From Ascidiella aspersa (lineage: Eukaryota), in contig OZ004609.1 in the NCBI GenBank assembly GCA_963924565.1, positions 27,280,001 through 27,344,000 on the forward strand: a stretch of DNA of 64,000 nucleotides, given 5' to 3'. A program made the translations under genes and the position numbers. Below are positions 26,288 to 39,300 of this stretch, one piece after another; the first letter of the stretch is position 1, and the number at the start of each line of letters is the position of its first letter. The notes beneath the pieces are model-generated. The model was not told the origin of the DNA and made no database searches. It saw only the letters and a list, made by a program, of their open reading frames with translations.

Positions 26288-29013
26288 ATGGCTTTGCCCA
26301 GCCTTCAAGCAAGATGCTTCTTAACCATAGCCCAGAGGCTTTTGGCGAATTCGAGCGGCGAAACGCTCGGAAGGATCTCTTTGGTGAAAAAATCATGCTT
26401 CGCTACGCAACAAGCAAAGGTTAGAAAAAGCCCATTCATTCGCTAAAAAATGTTTTTAGCAATAGTGACTTTATTTAGACTTGTGTGTTGGTCCATGCAA
26501 GACTTATAGCTTGGTTGTCTTGTTTGCTACTCAAAATCGGTAAAAAGTAAAATGCGTTTTTTGTTCACTTTATACTGAATACAATACCATACGAAAATTC
26601 AAGTGAAAAACTAAAGCTGCATAACTAGTTGGGTATTTGCACGCACATGGTACAGTTCACTAAATACTGTGAAATTGTCAAATATCAGGTGATTCATTCG
26701 CGCAACTTTGCCGTTTCCTCTTCGCGAGCCAACGACAGCACCACTGTTGACCAAAATCAGACGAGGAAGAACGGCAACACCGGGCACGACAAGCAGAAAA
26801 AGTGGTGGTCGATGAGTTTTGAAACAAAAGTCTTCAGCTCGATTCTGTTCGGTCTCGTATCCTATTTCGTCACGACTTACCTGGACAAAAGGCACGCGCG
26901 AAAGGAAATCCAACTGGAACTGATCACGAAACAGGTAATTTGCCCGATCGATTGCAGTTCACGTTGTACGACTTGAGTTACATCAGGTACACGACACGTG
27001 AAACAGTAGATCGTTAGGTTTTTTGTTCATATTTGGAAATTATGCACTCCTGGTAGGACGAATTCAACTGAAATCAGCTTTTTATTCCTCCGAATGCAGT
27101 GTAATTTTTCTTATAAGATCGCATAAACCCCGATGAGTGCTTTACTACTTTTATAGGTTTAAAAGATTTAGTGTACAACATGTAGAAAAAAAAGCACGTG
27201 TATACTTACTCGTAGAGATCTTCAATAATTGCGAATCTGGGCCCATTTTCGATGCTAAATGGTACTATCGGTACTCGCCCGATAGTATCAGTATACCGAT
27301 CTGGAATACTCACATGCATTTTTTTTAAGGTTTGGTTTGGGTGACCGCTAAGTAGTTTTAAGAGACCGCAAGTGTTTCATTTAAATACCAAAAAGTTGCA
27401 AGTCCAAAATTTGGGAATCGCTGGAGAAATTTGGGGGACCGTTTCGGTGCCCTAAAACACCTTAAAAAAAACACTGCTTACATGAAATACGAATTGAAAA
27501 AGTATTGTGTTTAACAACTGGAGGCAACTAAATTTTGAACGCTAAATCTAATTTGGCGTATAGTTACAAAATAAAAACTATATAGTCACTAAGTTTCACG
27601 ACGGTGACTTCTGCCAATAACCTTATAAACTGGTTTATCCAAAAGTGTAACGGTATAGTTGTCGTTTAGATCCGCGATCTCTACGGACCCCTCTACGGCA
27701 ACCGTCTAGTCGAGGATGCCAGCTTCAAGGGGGTTGTGGGCGAGCACAAGCATTTGAGGGACTACCTGAAAAGAGCCGAAGAAGAGAAGAACGCGGAAAT
27801 GATCCAGAAATGGAGGTCCTTCGTCTGGAACGTTCTCTACCCACTGGACAAGGAGGTATATATGACTTGTACGATTGCCAATTTGCGACCAGGCTATTTG
27901 TCTTGATTGGAGGACAATGCTTTTATAGGATTTGTTTCACAATAAAAAATATTTTTGGCTGAAAATGCCCATACAAAATTTAATACTGCTTTAGGCCTAC
28001 AACTGTAACGAAATCTGATAAATCTATCAAATTTACTGAATTTATTACATTTTAACTAATAATTACCACCCGTACTTAAACATTTTTTTGTCTTAGGCAC
28101 AACAGCTGATCTGTGAAAACGCGCACTTGGTTGTCAACCACGAGTTTCCTGGCGAATTTAAACTCTTCCTTACTCACTTTGCCCGACTGCAGTTCGTCAT
28201 GGAGGTTGGCGAAAAAGTTTACTTTAGGAAGAATGACATAAAAGCGTAATAGGCATTCTGTGCAAATATTGCTCAGGTGGTAAATTTTAAACAATAGTTT
28301 GTGTTGTTGTAAAATTCCGCTACAGAGCAAACTGTAATGTGCGTTTACCTTCGATTTTTCACCCAGTAAATTTCCCCTTCGTGGTTCTAAGTTTAAAACT
28401 AAACTCCTCGTAAATAAAAAGAAGACAAAGCTTATATAAACAAGGATATTAGTTGGACATTAAATGCTAAAGCTGAAACACTTTAGGAAGAAAGGAATCT
28501 TCCGCAGACAATAAAATGTAAAAGAAAGATTCTTGTTTTCGTATCAGATGATCTAAGACTGTTTATAAAAAGATAAAACATAAAATAATTTCTTAAAATT
28601 TACAGAAATTTACAGAAACATGACGATGCCTTATAGGCGAAATATATACTGTATTTTTGTAAATGTTGAGAAATGATTTTATGTGTCATATGTTTATATA
28701 AACAGTTTTAGATCAAATGCTAAAGAAATTAATTCGCAATTTTTATGTACCTAAACTCGCTTTTAAGTGGATGTTTTCTAATTTGCAGGAGTGGAAGGGA
28801 AAGGACGGCAATCTGGAGCCACCCAAGGCCTACAGAGCGGTCGACTTCCTTGAGAGAACCAACGCCTCGGGTCAGGCTGGCCTCTCGCAGTTGTTCGAGC
28901 ATGTCGAGTCAAGGTGCGAGGAATTGCGCGCTACTCAGCAGCAGCTTGTCGTGGAACTCAGCTCGGCTGAACACGATCATATTCTGACCGGACTCTTCAA
29001 GAAGTTTCGATGA
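26288..29013 (+). CDS. Uncharacterised ~298-aa protein: mitochondrial presequence-like N-terminus, one TM helix, helical domain
   Basis: Exons 26288-26419, 26689-26934, 27670-27855, 28097-28204, 28789-29013; GT-AG, all phase 0, open throughout. N-terminus MALPSLQARCFLTIAQRLLANSS...HSRNFAVSSSR is R/S/L/A-rich and acid-poor. TM: FSSILFGLVSYFVTTYL. Then KQIRDLYGPLY...WRSFVWNVLYPLDKEAQQLICENAHLV...FLTH...W. Confidence 0.85.
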
Positions 29014-30390
29014 GCTTCCTTTGACTAAGAATTGAATTCGCGCGTTGACCGAAACGTTATTGGCTCGACTGATTGCAAGGCAAAGTTTTTTTCCGTTTAA
29101 CGGCGTATTGTTTTTTCTTGTGACATATATGCGTGCCTTTGCTCATATGAAAACGCATACGCAGGCATCCGTGCCATTTTTAGAGCACTTTTTGTTTATT
29201 TTATCTAAGCAATGCCCCATTCATTCAATGAGGCAAATTATCCCCAAGAGGTATTTTGACCATGATAAGAGGCGCTTATCTTTTACTAATACCAAAGTGC
29301 TTCCAACTGTTAACAGTTTATTTAAATCTAAGTTAATATGGCAATTTGGTTGTGTTTATTTATTAGCTGATAACGGTTATTCATTTTTAAATTAAAAAGT
29401 GGTAATTTAAATCAAAACTGTCCTTGGCAAGGTTAATGATTCCGAAAAGTTGACGAACCAATGCTTTTATGAAATATAAGAGTCAAATGCTATATTGTGC
29501 ACTCGCTGCAAGATTGTTTTGAACCCGTCTAATCTCCGTTCATGCAAACTTTAATTACATCGATTTGTCGTATGTCAGCGTTCAACGCAACTTTATCGTT
29601 TTGTTTCTGACGAGCACTTATATTTTCTCTTTATGTCGTAAATCCAATTTCGCGCTTGTACCCGTCATTGGCCAGACGGCATGTTGTTAATGTTAAAAAC
29701 AAAAACGACTTTTATCTTAAACGAATTTACAAAATGTTTATTTTATGTGTAACTAGAAACACGAGTGGGTAGTTTTGAAAAAAGCACGCACGAAAGCGTT
29801 TATTATAAAAACGCAATCAAAATACAGTCTTGTGCGAGAAAAAAAGTACACGTTGTAAAATAGCACGCGAAAAACGCCGAATTTTAAAATGGGTGGTAAT
29901 TAAATTTTTGATATCAAAATTATGCCGGACTTGTTACGCAAAAAAAAACAGTTTAAGCAAGCTCGATTAAACAAAGATATGTAGCCGGACAGATGTTTTA
30001 TATTAGTGTCATAAGGATACTTTTGACACTTTGGCACTAATACTTGCGCTGTATATATTTTAAAGGGAAGAACGATTTTGCTTAGCAGGAAATTTCGATC
30101 AGGCAGGACTGCTAGTATACACGACAGATATGCTGAGCTGAGTCAGGTATTTTTTTAAAGGGTTTTGCTGAGATGTGATTTAGAACCATTTTCGACTTAA
30201 TCGAGCTAAATGTATTTGGCGAGTCATATCAATAACAAAATATGACCTATACCATAGCACTATACCGCAAATAGGCCTGAATGCGAATGAAAACACAAAC
30301 AACAGAAGTTGGCACATCTCAAACGAATGGCAGTAATACAGCGAAAAAGAAAATAAGTCAAGCAAGAAAATAAAGAGGGTCACTTGGGGT

Positions 30391-33300
30391 TCACGATCGG
30401 GATCTTTTGGGGCGGCGTCCGCGCGCTGTAGGGGTATCAGGGGTCGCACAATCGTCCCCGCTTCCCGGCCTAACCTTTTTCGAGCATTCGTCGCAGTAGC
30501 TCGAGTTCTTGCAGCAAGGGTTGGTCGCTGGGACTAAACAGGTCTGGCACTGCGCGAAATAAGAAATAATTCATATATAAAGTAGCGCGGTTGTTTTGGG
30601 AAAGCTCGTCAATGGGAAACTGCAAGTACCCTCATATAACTGAAACATACGAATACAATTGGGTATGTCCTGTGGTCAAGCCCTTCTGAAGTCGTACTGA
30701 CCAACAATAACGGCCAACGTTATATAGCACAACGACCAACACTATATAGTACAAAGAATGCCTTTGAAAAGGTTAACCAAGTTCAGGCGGCCTTATCAGG
30801 ATTCTCCTGCAACCAAGGCAAGGCTGGAAAACTTTTGCATGCGAAACGGATCGAACTGATACCTTCGCAAAGTCGGTCAGGTGTACTATAATGTGTGCCG
30901 TTTTCGTTGGTTAACGACCAGCATTATATAGTACAACGAATGCCTTTGGAAAGGCTAACCAAAATTAGTCGGCCTTGTCAGAATTTTAATGTGTGTCGTT
31001 ATAGTTGGTCAGTACGACTCCAGAAGGGCTTGGTTACAGAACATACACATGTTGTTTATGAATTTTCAGTTGCTTAATGCGGGCTGTGGATCTCCTTTGA
31101 ATGGTCGAACAGGATACAGCGGAAAATTGTCCTATATAATAATTAATTAATCGTTTCTCGGCGAGCTCACATTGGCTCAGTCGAACAGCGAGGCCATGTT
31201 TGGTCGAAATTCGTGAGTCCGCGATATTAACCTGATTTTGCCGTTTGATTTAGGTAAAATTTCTCGTGGCGTGTACGCTGAACAGTAAACACCCATCTTA
31301 TTTCAACGTTTTTAATTAAACATAACAACCGTTTAAGTCTAAGATAAGCTAGCGCTATTTTTACAATAGAAGCACAAACACATTTTTTTCCTTGATTTAA
31401 AGAACATAACAATCAGTTAAAACCATTTTATGGATTTTACTTTTTTTACAGTTATTTAGGAACGAAATTTTATTGCAATTGTATATGCGAGATGATACGC
31501 CCCCAATTAGTTTTTAACGGTTTCGTCGCAGTTTGTTTGGTCGCATGCAAATTACCCATCGTTGCATTTTAGCTTCAGCTAGTTCCTTTTCGTGGCTTTC
31601 CCGCAGATCCTTCAACTTTTCCTCGTACTCCGCAGTCACTTTGGCGGTGGCTTCGTCGCGCTCGAAATCCGACTGCGTTTAAATGAAATCACGCGTTTAG
31701 AAGCAAAGTGTTTATTTAACGTCTGTTTATAACACTTTAACTTAACGACTTTGCATAGCGGTGGGTAAAGTGGCGATTTTTACGGTCTGTCGGCACTAAA
31801 CTTGCAGAATCCCGCACAAAATCAAATTAACTATTGAAAAAAATGGTATATTGCTCTAAGTCGGCTGTAGTAATGTCCACAGAAACGTATAGTTTATCAA
31901 AAGCTGTATGTTACCGTCCTACATGGCCATTTATTGACATTATATTTATTAAATTAGTAAGTCGAGTAATACTTATAAACCGAGGTAACACAATAGTTTT
32001 CAAACAAAACAACCCTCTATAACAGTGGTTCCAAAACTTTTTTGGCTCGCGGCATACTTTTAACAGAAAAGAATAGAGTCATTTAACAATCGCACTTAAC
32101 ACACGACGAACTATATGTAAAAGTCTCAATATTAATAATTCGTAATGGATAGAGCGTATTTAAGTCGAAAATGCTTGCGTGTATGTCTATTGGCAGTACA
32201 AATAACTTATTTTCGGAAATTACAAAAAGTTTCGCAGCACACTTGACAATCTCTCGAGGCACACTAGTTTGGGAATTACTGCTCTATAATATTGCAAACC
32301 CGTTAATATAGGAATATTTGGCTTTCCACACAGCAGATTAAACCTAATACCTTGATTGCGGCTGCCCTCATCAGCTTGGATTTGTCGAGGCGGTTTGATT
32401 CGATGACGTAGTCCTTGAATTTCATCAGAATAGACTCGTAGCGCTTCTTGCAGCCGCAGTCGGTGGTGTTCAACTCGGACAAAATCGAGTTTTCGCGCGA
32501 GTCGAGCTACCGATATAAATTTTGAGGCAATTAGGGATAAGAGTCCGGGAATCGAACCCGAGTCACGCGCGTATAATGATAAAAACAACAGTTTCTCTTA
32601 CGGAATAAAATTTCAACTTTTGTTACATTGCAAATAAATTTTGTTGTACATACCGAAAACATAAAGCTTTTCGATGATATACAAAAACTACAGTCCGGAA
32701 ATTGTAACGTTTACTGTTTTTAATGGTTCGACAAATAGCGTTATTAGATTAAGTTTTCATCTTTAACAGAAATAGCAGGGTGATAGGCAATAACCAAGGA
32801 TATAGGCTACGCCTAGATTTAGAGGTGCCTATGTAGTTCAAAACCAGGAAAATTACGTTGCTTGGAGCATTTTCTTTCTCCGGCGACGAGTTTTCCAGCT
32901 TTATTCGCTTTGCAGGAATCGCATCCTGCAAAAACAACGCCATAACTTAAAATCTGGCTCCAATGTTCTCTTCGTTCTGGGTAAAGTTTACAGATAATTT
33001 AACTACTTCGAAGTAAATGCGGTTAAAAAGCTCTTGAGCCGAAGCAATCACAAAAAACAACAGGTAAACCTGGCCAGACAAAGGTTGGTCACACATGCTT
33101 ACCGATTCGTTATCATTGTCCAGGGTTCTCTTTGCCAATGCAACGGGACCTTTTGTCTCCGGCGAAGATTCTATGTTAACCGAATCTGAACAATTATGCG
33201 GCGTAAACCAGGATGCTACTATATAGTCACGTTTCTATAAGGCTTTAATGGGGAGCAAATGTAAAATTGATATGACATGGACACACGCAAATCAGTGGTT

Positions 33301-36300
33301 CTTAAACTTTTTGAGACACGCCCCCTTTTACAATTTTACCAAAACTCGCGCCCCACGAAGGCTCGAGGATTAGTAGCAGGAAAATCTCACTTCGCCTTAA
33401 CGTTTAGTCATAATTCATACAGAGTTTGTCAATTTCTCGCGACCCCCCCTGTGAACCTCACACGTCCCTCTAGGGGGGCGCGCCCCTCAGTTTGCACCAC
33501 TGCTCTAAATGAAAAAGTTTCCATTTAGCAATCTACTTTAAAAGTCATAGCTCAAAGGAAACGGAATTTTTAGTAAGATTTCTAAAAATGGTGAAACGCA
33601 GCATTTTTACTATTATTTTAACAAAAAAATTGACAAGGATATAAACTAAAAAACAACAAAAAAAAACTAAAAACTAGTAGAACAGTGGTTTTTGAACTTT
33701 TTGTAACGTGGACACCTTAAATTTTTTGGTTTCACCTGATCAAGTAGACTTAGGAAACCTGCTGTTTTCGGTCCAACCAATGCAATTGAACTTTCTTTTG
33801 AAAACATCTTTTTTTAAATGAAGCGTTTAAGGGCCCCCTCAAACTAGCCCTCTTGTCCCCAATGGGTTCACGGACCCCAATTAAAGAACCCCTGCAGTAA
33901 GAGCAACAAAAACCGCCGTCATTATAATTCTGTTTATGACATTTGTTTCAGTGATCAGTTGGGTTAATGATGTCACCATAAATCTTGTTGTTAATTATTG
34001 ATTGAATTATTGCTCCAATTTAATCGCCATTCCAATAAAAAAGGAACAGTGGCCATTTGACCACTCGTTTTTTGACATTTGATCAAACCTTGGAACAACT
34101 TTTAAATACAACTGAATTCTCTGTTACGTCATTTTTCCTATTAAATACTTTCTTAATCTATATTAAGGACCTTTAGTTAAAAAAAAATTGGTATCAGACA
34201 AAAAAAACCTTTAAACCGTAAATTCAACTATCCGGGCATTTTTGCTAAATTTTAAAACCATCTGTCAAGAAATGTGATTTTTTGCCAAATTGTACATGGT
34301 TTAATATGGCAATACACCAAAATTGGGGGGTTGCGTAGGTTAGTGAAAACTGGAAAGGGGGTCGCGGCAACAAAAAGGTTATGAACCATTGTGCTACATT
34401 AAGCCACCGGTGCAGTATAATCATGATGTGATTTCCTTACCGTCAAGCACCGTAACTTTCATCGATTCGTTTTCCATACAAACAGTCGGACTTTCTTCAA
34501 TGGAGTCGTTTTTCTAAAATACAAAGCAGGAGTTATACTTTAAATAAAACACCTGTTTAACCATGTAAGATAACGCTACCTTAGATTCTTTAGCGGGAGA
34601 GCTCTTTGCACTTCCAGGTTGGGGAGAACTGACAGAATCATTTCTATCTTCCTAAAAAGTCAAATTTGCTGTAAATCAGATAACGACTTTGACCGGAAGT
34701 ACATTTGAAGTTAATAGTTGCACAAGTGAAGTTGCGTACTTAACAGTCGTCCTATGACTAAACCTATTTTGAAACTTACCATTGCAGATACCAGTTCAGA
34801 ATTTTTGCCAATGCCATACGGCGAATCGTACAGGATTATTTTGGATGCTTCGTCTTTTCCCAACACCTGTAATTTAAAACAAATAAATATCACAGGAAGC
34901 GTTACAAATTCGGTCAGAGGTTTAAGTTTGCCTATTGACGATAAGTTTTATAATCCAGGAGAACATGATGCATGTTGTACATAATTTTACTTAGCCGTAG
35001 TTTAGTAATAGAAATGTTGACAGTTAGGGCCTACACAGTTTTACTTCTCCGGGCATACAATTCATCACTATAAAAACTAAGTTGTTTTTGCTTAAGCACG
35101 ATCATGAACTCTTTTTGAATAATAATAGGCCGTTTATATTTATTCAACACCATTGGTTGGCCATCCCTGGTCAAATCAAATATTTTGTTGCCCGTATTAG
35201 CTTCAACCTTCTAATAACTAACAGGTTGGCTATCTCTGGTTCAATCTTTAACAAGCTAGATTTTGTTGCGCAGTATTCCACGATAACATAGGCCGCATCT
35301 CAAGCATCTAACGAAGATTTTTTACTTACACATTCGCACTGCCGAATGTACTCCTTCATTTCATCACTGGCCTGCTTCCACTGTTGTTTGCGTTTTACCT
35401 TAAGCTCAGTGGGGCTCACCGAGATAGCGCGTACTGCATCGATTGGAATCCAAGCCCTGGAAAAAACAATCTAAGTCGTAAATCGTTTACGTTTCAGCCA
35501 AAGAAACCGTAAAGTTGGTAAGCCGGATTTTTTGCCGGTGAGTTACAGTTTCTCTGGCTGGGAAGCCTTAACTGGAGTATGAACCGCTTGGGTATTTGTT
35601 AAAACAGCTTTACAAGGGATAGGAATTTATGGCAGCAGGAAATTACTTGCAAGTTAAAGGAGAGTCGTTAAAATAGGTTAAAATAAAAGTTTTAATCCCA
35701 AATCTGCTGCAAATTTCCAACCTTAGCCAATTGGCAATCTGATAGTCTTTCCTAAATGTATTTAAATTGTGTATCTACTGCAATTATTTCAATATTATAA
35801 ACAATGATGCCTTCTTTACCTTGGGTGATGTCTGCCAAAGAAACGAACATCGACTCTGTCTTTTTCTACTTGAATGATTTTCGCTGGCCAATACTCAAAG
35901 CCCTTTTGCTTTGCCCATACGACTTGATGTGGTGGGTCCTGCATAGAACAAAACATACAACATTGAAAAGAAAAAGGACGATACCTGTACCATCTAAGAT
36001 AACTTTTTATTGGCTTACACAAGGCTTGCAAAACCAATCCTTCATAGGTTTAGTGTTGGAAAGATAAAAGCAGTTCCTGCACAACTTGAGCTCTTGTAGT
36101 TCATAGGAACAATCCTGCAAAAATTATACTATTCTAAAATACAAAATAAGAAAAAGGTGGCTGGTGATATATGTAGGATTTAAATAGCAGTGGTGCTTTA
36201 TAAAAATGTCTAAAAAAGTAATCAGTAAATATGAAACCTATTTAAATTAGGCAAGGATTTTAAATCAATAACCTCAATAAATTGCTGGGCCAACTTTGCT

Positions 36301-39300
36301 AATGCATGATCGAAACCCAACGCTACCACGCAGTTGTGATGAATTTGAAGTGCTTTGGCTTGGAACTCCTCAGTGCATTTGAAGATACAATTGTGGCAGT
36401 CCTTAAAAAATATAAACGTAAAAAATTACAGTTTGCTGTGCACTTTTAAGTGAAAAGCTCCGATATGTTGGTTTATTTAAAAACGAATACTTGCTGATAA
36501 ATTCTTACTCACCATTTGCAGCTTTTCTAGATCGTAGGGAGAGTGAACAAAGTAGTCATAAAAAGGAAAATCCTTTGCAGTTGACAGTTCTTTCCACTAA
36601 AAATTTGGTTTTAGAATGTGTACTGTTATAAAATTTGGATGCAAATAGAATGTAACATGTATGGTTGTGCTTTAAGGTATTTTGTTATGTAGTTCGTCTT
36701 AAATAGTATAAGAAAATAATTTATACACCTTGGCAATACCAGGTCAACTGGTCAAACAGCTAAGATAAACAGGTTTACATATGATACAACATGTCATCAT
36801 TTTCACAGTTAGAATTGCATTCTGTATCCAGTTTTTGCACATATAACCTTATAGACAAAATCAAGGGGGGCTTACTGAGTTGGACAATAACGTTTAAATA
36901 AGTTTTCTATATTTATGGCTGCATTTCAAACTTTCTTACATGCTCCTTTTGTTGAGTGACCACAAAATGCAGGCATTTACCAAGTGCCAATGTTTCCTGA
37001 TCACCTGCATTTGCAGAGCAGCTGCTGGCCTAAAACACATAAAATAAGAAAAAAAGTTAGCACATTGCTTATTGTTAGTGGGCAATTAATTTAGTGAGAC
37101 TCAACCCAGTAAACTTAGCTATGTCAGGGTAGATATATTCATCTAAACTATATAATACTGTATTAAAACTAGTCTTGCATAACGGAACACCAAATTTATG
37201 ATGAGTAATTGATGATATGTATGCATGAGAAAGTAGACAAAGTGTATAGCGAAAGTTTTATTTTCTTTAGGAATAGACCAAGTAATTGAGTGTGGCAAGT
37301 AAATTATGTGCATTCTGGAAATAGACATCATTCCCTAGAATGCATATTGGTTGTGCATTTAATGACCTTTAAATATTTTACTACTGATAGAGTCAACATC
37401 TGGGCATCACATTTTTAAAAGTGAAAAAAAAAATAGAAACACACATGTGTATACAAAGATGAAACACTTTAGAAAAGTAAGGATCTCCCGCGGACAATAA
37501 AATGTAAAAGAAAGACTCTTGTCTTCGTATCCAAAGATCTGAAGACTGTTTATTTATCTGTTTTAATAAATAAACAGTCTTCAGACCAGATGTGTATACA
37601 AATTATTTAATTAAACGATGGCTTTTTAATCGATTTATATATACGTCATGTTAAAAAAACATACCTTACACCAAGAGCATGTGAATTTGTTAAAAGCTTT
37701 CACATCTGGCAAGCAATCTTTGTGGTAAACTCGAAAGCATGCTGAACATCCGACCACCTCTCCGGGCTTATGACAGTCAAAGCAGTACCAATCATGGCTC
37801 TCTTCTTTGATTGCATTAATAAACTGTAACCAAATGGCCAAAAGAAATTGTTATATGTGCACAAAAAATCGTGTGAGTAGTTTAAACAAGTTAAAATTAA
37901 CATTTAAGGCAAGTCCGTCTTCTTATAGAATGTTTAACATCTTACTAAAAACGTTTGTTAGTTTTGGAAAAAACAGTTTTATTGTAAAACCAGGGTTATA
38001 TATTTGTTTTTCAAATAAACACTGAAGTGTTTGAAAAGACAGTTCTGTGGTCGTTACAAAATATTTCTGGAACAACTACAACAATCATACTAAAATTGAA
38101 AACAAAAATAAAAAAAGTGTTATACATTTTCTTTTTCGGGTATCCAATATCCTTCTTGTTCAACACCAGCTTTTGCACCTTTGCAGCCAATAGTAACAGT
38201 TTCAACTATTAGATTGTCGGTAATAGCTTTGTGAAGGTTGATGAGACATTCCTTGGCCGAGAGGCCATATTCTCTGTCAGTAAATCTAAATAAATTAAAA
38301 ACAATAAAAAGTTGTTTTACCATGCATAGTAGTTTACACTTGGGTTCCTCTCCGGGAATGTTTCAACGGGAAATTCCAGGGATTTCCCGCGAATTAACGA
38401 TCCCGAATCTCGGGAAATTCTTTTATAATCTCGGTTACTCAGCAACATAGCAAAACTTGTCGTTTTTGACTGATATAAAGAAAAAAATATTACTAAACCT
38501 ATTAAAGTGGTTGCCTGAGTTGCATTATTTGCGCTTACCAGTGGAAAAACTTAATTAAATTTATTCTACAAACAAAAATGCGCCCTGCATGCGATTTTTT
38601 TTAAATAAAAACAAATAAGGGTGCAGCATTTAATACAAAAAGGCCTAGTAAGATTGCAGAAGCAACACTCCAGAACATAAATGAGCTGAATTAAAAGTTT
38701 GGAGCTAATATAAAATAATTTTAAACATCAAAATGACGTAATTAGGTATAATTTTTTCGTCACGATTCCCGGGAATTTTAATTTTTCAATCCCGTTTTCG
38801 AGAGTGAAAAAATCTGGGAAAAGAGGAACCCTAGTGTACACCAAACTAGTAAACAAGTTACTACATAAACTTGTTAAATGACAGTGACCTAGCTGTTAAA
38901 TGTGAAGTCCACTTGAAAGTTTTTTAACTAAACCTGCACCCCTAAAAGTTTCGAGATCTGGCACACTTGAGACCCAGTCTGCATTCTGTAAAAGCTTAGC
39001 ATTTGTCCACCTTAGATTTTTTTAAGCAATTGGTTTGCCCATTTGTATTAGTAAATTGTTCTCCTAAATTTTGAATAAAATTTAAGTTTGGCACTGTACA
39101 CCTGAAATATTGGTGAAATGTGCAATGAAATGCAGACTCAGAGGAGACTGTGACCCAATTACCAAACCATAGTTACAATAGGCAGTCCTAGTATAAGTCA
39201 ATGAGATTATCAATCAAAGTTTAGAATAAATAACAAAATGGTTGACTCAATTTATTATACATACAATATATTTTCATATGAAAGTGATGTGATTTGACAA

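Noticed and set aside
29405-29463. Possible extra ZMYND11 exon starting His-Trp
   Set aside because: Weak AAG acceptor, and the downstream H-x3-C ligands are absent (HWFVNFSESL...); likely chance.
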